Source of the DNA: Octopus sinensis
Lineage: Eukaryota
DNA: 64,000 nt
Reading direction: 5' to 3'
Assembly (NCBI RefSeq): GCF_006345805.1
Contig: NC_043019.1
Span: 13,639,360 to 13,703,359 of the forward strand
Position 1 is the stretch's first letter. Each line of letters starts with the position of its first letter. A program made the position numbers and the translations under genes. This document shows positions 51,369-63,599 of the stretch, one piece after another. The notes under the pieces are model-generated. The model was not told the origin of the DNA, did no database searches, and was given only the letters and a program-made list of their open reading frames with translations.

Positions 51369-52626
51369 TATATAAAATCGTATCACATACATATACACAC
51401 ACACATACATACACACACTGAAGTGTACATATTTGTTTTGACGGAATTGAAGTTGCAGTTCTTCACACGAACTGCCAGACGATTTTCTACTGAGATATAA
51501 CAACGTAGAAACTGTGAAAAAATTTTATCTTCAATTCTTTTAAAACACGCAAGGATATTCACAAACACCCGCTCACACACTCCACCGAATGGACTCTGTT
51601 TCTGTCACACACACACGCACACAGATACACATAGAGACACACACACACACACACACACGTACAAATGCACAACCACACTCACATACACACATGCACGCAT
51701 ACATATGTATAAGTATGTGAGGGAAAAGAATGCGGTATAAGATAAACGAAACGTTATATTTTATCTTCCCGTCAGAAAGCAAATGCAATGCCCACGACGC
51801 TTTATAGGGACTAGGATTTTGCTCAGTAAGATGGAGGAAGGGTCCCGCTTCTTCAAATCGGAGTCCTGCACCGAATACTTGGCACAGAATAAATTCCGCA
51901 AAGAAAACTGAAGGATCAAGTATAAAGTCTACAAGACCAAATATTGGGTTCAAGTTTTGGCACAAGGTCAGCAGTTTTGTGAAAGGTGTTAAGTCGGTTA
52001 TATTGAGCCCTGTATTTAACTGGCTCTTATTTTATCGACCCCGAAAGGATGAAATGTAAAATCAACCTCGGCGGAATTTGAACTCAGAACGTAAAGACAG
52101 ACAAGGTATTTTTCCCAGTATGCAAACGATTCTTCCCTCTCGCCGTCTTACACAAGACCAAATATTACCACGTTTATATTAAGATACGTACAAGCTTCGG
52201 TATACAAATCAAACAACGAGAATGCTTAACACCCGATTGTGATGAGAAATGGCAAGCTGTTGTTATCAAGGCCTGCCAAGGTTTTTAACGTATGTTTTTA
52301 TCTTCGATTAGTTTCAGTCATTAGATTCCAGACATTAGATTCTGGAGCACCGGTCGAAGAGTTTGCTCGAACAAATTGACTCCTAGTACTTAGACGTTTT
52401 ATTCTATTGGTCTTTTTTGACGAAACGCTGATTTACGGAGTCGCTATCAAACCAACACCGGCTGTCATGCAGTGGTGGAGATAAACATAGATATAATAAC
52501 TCACACACTCATATATATATATATATAGTTAAACTAATACACCTGTTTGTTGTCTATACCACCTGTCTTCGTCTTTTGTATTTTTTGTGAATTCTCCCTA
52601 TATATATATGTGTGTACATATATATG

Positions 52627-52658
<32 letters not shown>

Positions 52659-52824
52659 ATGTATATATGTATAAATATATGTATGTGTGTGTATGTATGT
52701 ATGTATGTATGTATGTATGTATGTATGTATGTATGTATATATGTTTGTATGTATGTATGTATGTATGGATCAAGCTGTAAATCCCAATAAATATGTCGAG
52801 TGTCCATCTTTCGTTTGTCTGCTC

Positions 52825-52869
<45 letters not shown>

Positions 52870-53476
52870 CGGGATTCCGCACAGTTTTCTTTTACAAAAT
52901 TCATTCAAAGCCATTGTTCAATCCGAAGCTGTAGTAAAAGTCACTTGCCAAAGGTACAGCAGAGTATGACGGAACCCGAAATCACGCGGTTGCAAAGCAA
53001 AATTTCTTTACCACATAGCCATGCCCACGCTACTCCTTGTTCACAATCACTGTCTGGTTCGCATTGTTTCATTAAAGATTTATTTCCTCTTATTACAACC
53101 TTTGTTGTTGGCCTCTGTTTATGTAAGATCCACTTTGTGTGTAGTGTATGTAACTACTTTCTTGTTTAAGCGCTATAATGTTTGCTCTCAGTTTGTGAAT
53201 TAAAAATGAAATGCACCATGTTCTTGTTTACAAATCTTAAGACAACATCTTTGAAATTCTCCGGGGCGTGTACGCCAGAGCAAGGAGCTATCTTGTTAAA
53301 CAAATCAAATGAATGTTTGCCAAATATAATAAAAGCAGAAATGCCCAAAGATAAATTTTATATTTTTTCCACCCCAAAGTAAAGACGGGGTGGATGCTCA
53401 CATCTTCCAAAGAGAAACAGTAAAAGACATTATGTTTTTTTTCTTTCTTAATTATCAACATGGTAATTCGGCTCAC

Positions 53477-53525
53477 CTGTGGAGCTATTTCTGAACACTT
53501 CAGTTGCACTCATTTCCTTCACCCG
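53477..53525 (-). CDS. candidate exon (RVKEMSATEVFRNSST), product unknown
   Basis: Minus-strand CAG|GTGAGC donor with a weak TTTTTTGGGGGTAG acceptor. It contains an in-frame ATG. Confidence 0.2.
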
Positions 53526-53559
53526 CTACCCCCAAAAAACAACGGACGACGATGCACAA

Positions 53560-53624
53560 TAACAACAACGGCGACGACAATAAGAATGATGAAGATGATG
53601 ATGATGTTGATGATGATGATGATG

Positions 53625-53655
<31 letters not shown>

Positions 53656-53726
53656 TAATCATAATAATGATAATAATAATGATAATAATGATAATAATAA
53701 TATCTATCACAATAACAAGAACAGTA

Positions 53727-53766
<40 letters not shown>

Positions 53767-53871
53767 GTGGTGGTGGTGGTGGTGGCAATGATGATGATGG
53801 TGATGATAATGATAATAACAATGACAATAACAACAACAACAACAATAACAATAATAATAATAATAATAATG

Positions 53872-53923
<52 letters not shown>

Positions 53924-53937
53924 TAATAATAATAATA
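53560..53937. repeat. (GAT)n/(AAT)n/(ACT)n compound microsatellite
   Basis: Read directly from the sequence. Confidence 0.95.
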
Positions 53938-54221
53938 GGAATTTAACTGCAGCAAAAGATCAAAGCCTCCCTACCAGACATTACCAAAAACGTGTAATGA
54001 AAAGAAATACAAGTAACTGCTGAATATGTGGAGATGGAGAAGAAACAATAAGCCATGTTGTCCCTGGCTGCCCAATCCTGGCAAACAAGGAATATATTCA
54101 CTGTCACGACAGAGTTGGGATCTATATACACTGCAAGCTATGCCAACACTATGGAATAACAACAGCAAAAATGGTGGTATAGGCACACGCCAGAAAAAGG
54201 TCACAGAAAAGGAGAAGGCAA
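53938..54221 (+). pseudogene. fragment of an RLE-type (R4/Dong-like) non-LTR retrotransposon ORF, CCHC zinc-knuckle region
   Basis: AAKDQSLPTRHYQKRVMKRNTSNC*ICGDGEETISHVVPGCPILANKEYIHCHDRVGIYIHCKLCQHYGITT, then a frameshift to WYRHTPEKVTEKEKA. It has the C-x2-C-x8-H-x4-C knuckle and the Y..RHD-like motif that precede the restriction-like endonuclease. Confidence 0.85.
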
Positions 54222-54340
54222 GGGGAGGGTGGCATGCATAGGCGACTGCTGGCCTTCCACAAACCACCTTGCCCGGACTTGTGCCTCGGAGGGTAACTTT
54301 CTAGATGCAGTCCCATGGTCATTTATGACCGAAAGGGGTC
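54222..54340 (+). mobile_element. SINE-like 3' fragment, working family E
   Basis: GGAGGGTGGCATGCATAGGCGACTGCTGGCCTTCC...GGAGGGTAACTTTCTAGATGCAGTCCCATGGTC. Recalled as an octopod repeat; it is single-copy here. Confidence 0.4.
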
Positions 54341-54910
54341 TCCTCCTTTAGCTCCTCTGTGTTCACTTCGGGATTCCAGCGCCATACCGAACTACTGCGT
54401 CTGCGCATAAGTTTATTACCGAAATTATGTTTCTGGCATTCAACTTTGATGCCAATATTTTTTTTACTCGCTACAGATACACTTTCTTTTTTTTTCTTTT
54501 TTTTTTTCTTGATCCTCAACACTACAAACTATCCTAAAATATCCCTGCTAGGAACAGCCCACATCCTACGCAGGCACTATCAATTCCATCATAAAACCGA
54601 AACAAAACAATCCACAAAGACAAATATCCAATAAAATAAACAACCACCGCCTGGCTTATAACTCAACGGAAGAACGCAGCTCTCTTTAACCACTCGACAC
54701 ACAATACAAACACTTAAACAACAAAAGACTGCAACCAGACCCCATAGCAAAACAAACTGGCGCAATACGATCGCAGAAAGAGTTTACACCCCTCCCCAAT
54801 AACAAAAGAGAACACACAATGCTGCATCCCCACCCTAGGAACACGGGGTGTGTAGCAGGTGATGCAGTAAAAATTTGTCACAAACTACCATATGAATAAT
54901 TGTAGTAGAA

Positions 54911-54950
<40 letters not shown>

Positions 54951-54977
54951 CAGCAGCAGCAGTAGTAGTATTAGTAG

Positions 54978-55020
<43 letters not shown>

Positions 55021-55101
55021 ATAGTAGTGGTAGTAGACATTGCTCAGTTGTCGATGAAGACACGGAATAGAAAAGCGTCTTATATATATATATATATATA
55101 T

Positions 55102-55185
<84 letters not shown>

Positions 55186-56024
55186 GCCACCTGATTAGTT
55201 TCTCTGGTTCTCTCTGGCGCGTGCTTAATTGCTAATTCCGACTGTTTGGCTCAAAGTAAAACTTTTAGATTTCTCGTTTAGACAAAAGCGTATGTATTTT
55301 GCTTACTCATAACGTTATAGTTCAAATTTATACATCCATTCATTCCATCGTCCATCGATCCTTCCAAACCTCCATGCATCCATCCTTCTATCCATCCATT
55401 CATACATAACTATATTCCTACATACTTACGTACATACCTACATATACATACACACACGCATAGAAACATATTCGCATTTATATGCCTACACGTGGGCGTG
55501 CTTGTGTGCACGCATAGATTAATATGCTTCTCTCTACATGTATAGACACACAGACATACATACACACACGTATATATGTATGTATATGTTAGTATGTGTA
55601 TATACGTATATGTTTAGATACATATCTATATTCATCAATGTCTAGTTACTTCGGGAGCTCACTTTTGTTCAGTACTATTTTTGAAGCGGAGAGGTCATTC
55701 TAAGTTTATCAATGAGGAAAAACAAAATGCTATTTAAGGAGAAACGAAACTGAGAAAAACTAAATACAACAATGATTAAGTGAAAGTAAAAATCCCATTG
55801 AAAATGATAATGTAAAATATGCAAATGAAATAAGAATTTCATTCATTCTTTGTTCGGAAAGAAACAAGGTCGCTTTAAGTCTATTATAAACCATACCCAA
55901 TATTCTATTATTGGTTTTTCAGATAAATTCGTTCGTTTCTTTTTTTGTTCTCTATTTTGCAAGCCATCGTCACGTATTTAAAAAGAAATAGAATTTCTTC
56001 GAATTTCAAAAACCGACGAAGGCA

Positions 56025-56425
56025 GCGAACCGGCCGATTTGTTAGCACGCCGGGCAAAAAATCTGTAAAGCATTTTGCCCATCCTTACGTTTTGAGTTCA
56101 AATTCCACCGAGGTCGACTTTGTCTTTCATCCTTTCGGGGCCGATAAATTAAGTACTAATTACGCACTGGGGGTCGATTAAATAATCGACTTAATCCGTT
56201 TGTCTGTCCTTGTTTGTCCACTCTGTGTTTAGCCCCTTGTGGGAAGTAAAGAAATAGGTATTTCGTCCGTCTTTACGTTCTGAGTTCAAATTCCGCCGAG
56301 GTCGACTTTGCCTTTCATCCTTTCGTGGTCGATGAATTAAGTACCAGTTATGCACTGTGGTCGATATAACCGTTTTTCCTCCTGCCCTAAAATTGCTGGC
56401 CTTTTGCGAAAATTCGAAACGAATA
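56025..56425 (+). mobile_element. family B SINE with tandemly repeated body
   Basis: TTACGTTTTGAGTTCAAATTCCACCGAGGTCGAC (~56085) is repeated as TTACGTTCTGAGTTCAAATTCCGCCGAGGTCGAC (~56274). Confidence 0.8.
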
Positions 56426-56574
56426 TTAATGTTCCGTCTAGGTTCAAGTGTGACCAGGTAAGTATATGATGTGAGGCGTTTCGGCTGTAAACTTCCATGT
56501 CTTTTGAATATTATGTATAACAAGTATTGTTTACGTGTCTCCTTAATATTTCAGCTCATTTGGTGCAATACGAG

Positions 56575-57147
56575 GGAGATTTGACTTCAATATCTAGCAA
56601 ATAGAAGCCTCATAGCGTCTCGCACGTCGGCACGTTTTGAAGAAGATTATGTCATGTACAAGCAATGATTTTAATAAGAAATAACGTTTCTTGATTAAGA
56701 ACTTTAAATTATATTGCTCACCACAATTTCTATATTTGTGTCGGCGAAATCATTATTTTCTTCTTTCTATATAACATCCCGTTATAGAAACTGCTATTTT
56801 CGTCAAGAATTAAGTCTCCAGTTGTCTCGTTCACATATCTTCCTATCGCCTCCGTCTACGGCGGATGGACGCTTCTCTTCGTTTTCTAAGATATCCGGAT
56901 ATTAACATTTTCATGTTGTTTTCGACTTCCTCCGGATAGATGAACACTTAAATAATGTTTAATGTTTTAACATCACAACCAGAATATAATACAATTTAGT
57001 CAGATGTACACCACATAGAAACGGATATGATTTCTATTCTGGATATAATACTTAAATGTCGTTTAATGAGATGTATAAGTGTGTAAGAAACTGTGTGACA
57101 GAATCGTTTTGGCTTTGATTTGCAAAATCTATGGTTGGCAAATATCC

Positions 57148-57181
<34 letters not shown>

Positions 57182-57310
57182 CAAGTGTTTCTCTTAATGT
57201 TTTATGTAATTAAGAATTCCTCGGACATAATCTTGATCATCCTGAAATGTCCTGAAATACGTTACCATTTTGTAGCTGAACAAAATGTGAACGAATTTAG
57301 AGATAAAAGA
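56575..57310. repeat. ~730-bp direct duplication, copy 1
   Basis: Collinear with 58544-59272, with long identical stretches such as AAGAATTAAGTCTCCAGTTGTCTCGTTCACATATCTTCCTATCGCCTCCGTCTACGGCGGATGGACG. Confidence 0.95.
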
Positions 57311-57555
57311 TTGTTGTGGCAAGAATTCTGTTATTTCTGACCCGGAGTCATAAAATAAAAAATGAGAGGACCGGACCTTAAATTATTATCTTTGAGTGTA
57401 AGGAATCTTACACAGGTATATTCCTTTTTGAAATTTTTTAGCGAATCACAATCCTCACCTGTCATTATTATTAATTTTCATTGCGTAATTTACTTTAATA
57501 TATTTTTATTAATGTGTTAAACAGTGCAGTGCTGTACTGTATTTTTATTTATTAA

Positions 57556-57946
57556 CTAGCAGTATCGCCCGGCGTTGCTCGGGTTTGTTTCGACCCTTTA
57601 GAATTGAAATTTTTGAATTGTAAAAATTGTGCATTATTTAGCTTGTTATTCTCTTTAAGTGAACATTTTTCTGGTTGAAATACACCGAAAAATGGTGACA
57701 CAGCAGTCAAAAAATCATAAAAAATAGGGATTTTCATAGAAAAAATTACCTTTTTGATGTAAATAATCTTTGGTCTTAACATGGTCCAATTTGAATTTCT
57801 TCTTCTGCGGACGGAAGAGCAAGCCTTCTTCTATCATACTCTCAATTTTGGTCAACTTGTGCCGCAGGGTCTCGGAGGAGATGGTGTTAGTTGAAGGATA
57901 CCAAACGTGCCACGCACAGACAACTTCAGCTTTATATATAGAGAGA
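57556..57946 (-). mobile_element. non-autonomous Helitron, copy 3
   Basis: On the minus strand: TC start, CCCGAGCAACGCCGGG hairpin, CTAG end, A/T insertion site. Confidence 0.88.
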
Positions 57947-58004
57947 TTTATTACTTTTTAGGCGTTACCACAGAATTAATTAAAATCTAAAAAAATATAA
58001 ATAG

Positions 58005-58130
58005 CTATCGGCTGCAGGAATCCGCGATATATTGAGGAATCCGCGATATAAATTTACATATATTAGCCAGGAAAATACGCGATGTACTGCGGGCGCGATA
58101 GGTGAACCATAATTTGGCGAGTTTTTACTG
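58005..58130. mobile_element. Tigger-like MITE right end (truncated)
   Basis: ATCCGCGATA repeats and GCGATAGGTGAACC...GGCGAGTTTTTACTG|TA, resembling the end of the 19310-19843 element. Confidence 0.55.
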
Positions 58131-58543
58131 TACTTTTTAATGTGTCTAATTCTTATTAATGTTGCATGAAGTACATTGTTTCAATAAATAAAAGCAAACA
58201 GGATTAGAATATCCATAATACTGACATACTTGACATAGTGTCATAAAATATATAAATGACACGGGCTTATATTATTGTTCTTCAGTTTAAGTGTTTTAAC
58301 AGATTTCAATTATTTTTAGAAAATGTCCGCCATTAAGCGCCTTCTGTGAAATATTAATTTTCCTTTGTTATGTTCGAAACAACTTAATATTAATGTTCAC
58401 TCTTTACCAAACTGTATTGAAATAGGTTTATGTTCTGTGGTGTATCGGTTGTAAACATATTCGTCTTTTAAATACGTTTATTTAACCAGATTTTTACTAT
58501 GATGTGAATATTTCTTATTTATGATTATAGGGTGCGATCTGAT

Positions 58544-59272
58544 GGAGATTTGACTGCAATATCTAGCAAATAGCGACACCATAGTGTCTCCTTTGGCACA
58601 TTATAAAAAAGATGTGTCATATACAACTGCGATTCGATAATTTTAATAAGAAATAACGTTTCTTCATTATGATCTGAGAATGATATTGCTCACCACAATT
58701 TCTATATTTGTGTCGACGAAATCATATTATTTTCTTCTCTCTATATAACGTCCCGTTATAGAAATAGCTATTTTCGTCAAGAATTAAGTCTCCAGTTGTC
58801 TCGTTCACATATCTTCCTATCGCCTCCGTCTACGGCGGATGGACGTCTCTCTTCGTTTTCTAAGATATCCGGATATTAACATTTTCATGTTGTTCTCGAC
58901 TTCCTCCGGATAGATGAACACTTAAATAATGTTTAAAGTTTTAACATCACAACCAGAATATAATACAATTTAGTCAGATGTACACCACATAGAAACGGAT
59001 ATGATTTCTATTCTGGATATAATACTTAAATGTCGTTTAATGAGATGTATAAGTGTGGAAGAAATTGAGTGACAGAATCGTTTTGGCTTTGATTTTTAAA
59101 ATCTATGGTTGCCAAATATCCTGATATATATTTCAAGTGTTTCTCTTAATATTTTAGGTAATTAATAATTCCTCGGACATAATATGGACATAAGTATGAT
59201 CATTATGAAATATTATGAAATATATTGTTGTTCTGTAGTTGAATAAAATGTGAACGAATTTGGAAATAAAAA
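58544..59272. repeat. ~730-bp direct duplication, copy 2
   Basis: See copy 1; the offset is 1969 bp. Confidence 0.95.
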
Positions 59273-60049
59273 TGTTGAACCAATATGGATATAAACGGTT
59301 GTCATAGTTGAAACGTCGACACAATAGTGACACCATTATACTCGTAATCATCATGATATAACTTGTTATTCTGTCGCTGAAGATGACGCAAATCAATTTG
59401 AGAATATGATATATCTATTTTGTTATGAGAATTATTCATGATTTTTTTAACGAAGGAAAACAAACTAAACCAATGAAATATTCATAGTTATATAACATGA
59501 AGTAAAAGTACATGTCTTTCCATATGAAAATCTCTGTCACTCTCTTTTCTTTCTGGTTCTCCGTTCTTCTCTTTTGCGAAAACACGTGAGCGTTCTGCTG
59601 CGGGCGTTTCAGAGTTCGTTATCGTCAGCATATTCTTGTTATCTTTCACAGCCAAGCGTCCGGGACTCCGACTAATTAACAGCGCCCATAGTACTTATTC
59701 CAGAGTACATATTGCCTATGACAGTATAAGCTGGGTTTGTGTCTCAATGTTAAAGTATCATCATGTAGGTATTTAAGGGTTATCGTCGTGATCTCGTTTG
59801 CTTATTCGCCAAGGGAAGCGGGTAACTGGCCTTATGAGGCTTAGGGCCCTAGAAAAAAAATAGTATTTGTATATACATCCAGCTTATGTAAGATGTAGAA
59901 TAATTGTAAATGTTACAATTCTCAAAGTGACACGCTGTAGACATAAAGGCTGCAAATTTTGCCACAAGGCCAGCAGTTTCGGGAATGTGGAGAGTTGATT
60001 ACATCGACCCCAATACTCAACTGGTACTCAACTGGTACGCATTCATTTT

Positions 60050-60375
60050 TACTTGATTCAGTCATTCGATTTTGGCCATGCTGTGGCACCGTATTGAAGG
60101 GTTTATTCGAACAAATGAATCCCAATATATAGATTATATTTTCAGTCAGGTACTTATTCTATCGGTCTTTTTTGCTGAAATCCCTAACTTATGGAGACAC
60201 AAACGTATCAGCACTTGACTTCAGCACAGTTTCCATCTATTAAATTTACTCACAAGGCATTGGACGACCCGCGGCTATAGTAGAAGACACTTTGCCCAAT
60301 ATGCCATAGAGTGGGATTGAACCTGTAAGCATGTGGGTGCAAAGCGAACTTCCTAACCACACATCTATGCCTGCG
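60050..60375 (-). mobile_element. old degenerate family A-like SINE
   Basis: TACTTATTCTATCGGTC...CACAAGGCATTGG...CTATAGTAGAAGACAC...GGGATTGAACC. Confidence 0.7.
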
Positions 60376-60789
60376 TCTATTTCACTAAACAACAACAACA
60401 AGAACAATACAGCAACAATAATAACAACTGTAAAAGAAACACATCATTAATATAGTAAATTAAATGAAAACATCGTTGATTGATTTGCAGCAATATACGG
60501 AGAATGAATGGAACGGAAAGAATTAATTCTAGAAAAACGATGCTCACACACACACAAACACGCACACACATACACACACACACGTGCGCGTACACATGCA
60601 CACACAGATGCGCACACGACACGCAAACGCGTGCACAAAAGGACAGTCACTCACTCACATACACACACCCGCATAAATTCTCACACACGTGCAGAAACAC
60701 ACACACGCACACAAATACACACGCATGTATACGCACAAGCACACACATGTATAAATACACACACAAACACAGACTCATTCAATCTCAAA

Positions 60790-61649
60790 CACACACAAGC
60801 ATAAATACACACACACACACGCACACACAAACACACACAAGCATAACTACACACACACACATACATAAACACAGACTCATTTAATCTCAAACACACACAT
60901 GCGTAAATACACACACACACACACACACAAACACACACAAGCATAAATACACACACACACGCACACACACAACACACACAAGCATAAATACACACACACA
61001 CGCACACACCAAACACACACAAGCATAATACACACACACACGCACACACAAACACACACAAGCATAAATACACACACACACGCACACACAAACACACACA
61101 AGCATAAATACACACACACGCACACACAAACACACACAAGCATAAATACACACACACACGCACACACAAACACACACAAGCATAAATACACACACACACG
61201 CACACACAAACACACACAAGCATAAATACACACACACACGCACACACAAACACACACAAGCATAAATACACACACACACGCACACACAAACACACACAAG
61301 CATAAATACACACAAACACACAAACACACAAACACACACAAGCATAAATACACACACACACGCACACACAAACACACACAAGCATAAATACACACACACA
61401 CGCACACACAAACACACACAAGCATAAATACACACACACACGCACACACAAACACACACAAGCATAAATACACACACACACGCACACACAAACACACACA
61501 AGCATAAATACACACACACACGCACACACAAACACACAAACACAGACTCAATCAATCTCAGACACACACAAGCATAAATACACACACACACGCACACACA
61601 AACACACAAACACAGACTCAATCAATCTCAGACACACACAAGCATAAAT

Positions 61650-61680
<31 letters not shown>
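60790..61680. repeat. 38-40-bp CA-rich minisatellite (AAGCATAAATACACACACACACGCACACACAAACACACAC), ~20 units
   Basis: Read directly from the sequence. Confidence 0.95.
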
Positions 61681-62562
61681 CAAATAAGTAAAGTTATCAC
61701 AAGCGAAGCTATCACGCTGGAACAATGACGAACGATTTCGCTACAAAAGGTATTTTACGCGAAAGGAAACGACAAATTATATTTACGTACACACAATATT
61801 GTAACGCATTCTTTGCAACGGTTTCTTGGTGAAGGAGGAGGATGAAATTGTCTTGAAGTATTTAAACATACAAAATAAGTAAAAAGAAAATAAAGAGTGG
61901 AAATAAAGAAACCAAACACAATTCTTTTTTTTTTATCTTACATACAAAAGAGTTATAGTAGAATGCTTAAATTCAAATCTAATTCACCAGCGATCAACTC
62001 AGCTTTTGTTAAGCTCTTCCAGTTTGATCACAATAATTCTCTCATTCTCCGGCTGTCTCCCGCTCTCTGTTTTACATCAAACGTTTTCTAGCGACGAAGA
62101 AAATGAGGCGAATGTGTGTCTATCGCAACAATGTCGACAATTATAGATATTTACTGAACCTCTTTACTTATCATCGGAATCTAAAACGTTATCAAGGATA
62201 AACATTGAAACTGCTGGAATGACAGATAAGTTCAAACTAAGTCTCTAAAGGAGACCGTTTTCTTATGCTGAGGTGAGAATCAATAGCGTGTTAGAAACCA
62301 TGAACTAGTGTCAGTAGAAAGAGTCGAAAATATTTATTTAATTCATTTGCCATATACACCGGCTGTATTCTTTGACGTTACTGATATCGTAAAAACTCAA
62401 GTGCAGACGATCGACTTATTCAGATGACAGACGACGTTTGCAGAACGAAAAATAACAAATAACAACGAATCAGAAATACGAAGATATGTTTGGAATATTA
62501 CAGCTTAAATGTGGCTGACCGTTAGTAAGGAGAGACACACAAATAAGAAAGAAGAAAGCAAA

Positions 62563-62607
62563 GGACCACTGATGAGGTCACAGGAGTGTGACGAAAGAAC
62601 TCTGGCC
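62563..62607 (+). ncRNA. minimal type I hammerhead ribozyme motif, intact catalytic core
   Basis: GGACCA CTGATGA G GTCACA GGAG TGTGAC GAAA G AA C TC TGGCC: stem I GG(A)CCA/TGGCC, 6-bp stem II with a GGAG loop, 2-bp stem III, and a CUC cleavage triplet (cut after 62602). Confidence 0.7.
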
Positions 62608-63599
62608 GGAATAAGATTAAGATTAATGTAAAAAATAAATAACGCTGAAGCAAAGTAACACCAAATATATAGTGCGTGTGCTTTTATTGGCTAAACTGGC
62701 AAAATGACCATTCCTAAATACAACAATATATGTTTCAACACACGATTTCACATCCAAATATATAAACGTAATATTTGAATTATTCTATGAGAAAGGTTTT
62801 GATTTCTTGATGATTAATTTGTGTGAGACAAGTTCGAATGGATAACAAAATATTTTACTCTAATGTCAAACTGCTCGAAATTACAACTTGATCATTCGTG
62901 ATATGACGTTGATTGAGAAGCAATGCACTTAGTTGTTTACCCTTGTTGTGTTGTCTGAATGTCCTTTTTGGGGATTAGTTCTAGGCTATATGTATACTAT
63001 TAGTAGTAACAGAAAAGAGGAATTTCGATTATTCCAACGTGGTGAGTTGTAATGTATAAGAAATTAAAAAAGGAAAATACGCACACTTACATAGTTTTAA
63101 TATAATTTTTAATATATCGACCGGTTTCGCTATCGCTATTCATAATATTATGTTTTACGTATTTGAATATGTAATTTTTCTCAAGAAGAAATTTTGTCCA
63201 TGTTGTGTGTGAAGAAATACTATTATATAGCTATAAGTTATATCCATTTGTTTACTCTGATATTGTTACATGTAATAAAGTGGTGGATTCTCAGGAAGTT
63301 TAAGTTTAAGGCTGTCTATATCGCCGGGTTCAACGGTCCTGCTTAGGTGTCAAAATCAGAGTGAAATGAATTTGGGCGGCTGATGATGGGAGTGCATATA
63401 TGTCTCGCTCAGTTGTCAATTTTTTCTATATTAGTCTAGTAATTCTGGACTGTCCATCAATCTTGTTAAATGGGAAGTGTTTGTGGATTCATAGTCTGTG
63501 AGGATCACTTACTGTGATATGATTTGATTTTCTTCATAGGTAACCTATACAGGCTTGGACAATTCGTAGATATTATTGTTTAGGTTTTGGAAAGGTCTA

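Noticed and set aside
56575-59272. LTR retrotransposon interpretation of the 730-bp direct repeats
   Set aside because: No TG...CA termini, PBS, PPT or TSD were seen, and the interior is explained by a Helitron and a MITE remnant.
59300-59400. GAAACGTC and CTGAAGATGAC as a hammerhead
   Set aside because: The halves are 60 nt apart in reverse order, and stems I and II do not close on the core. At most it is a decayed remnant.
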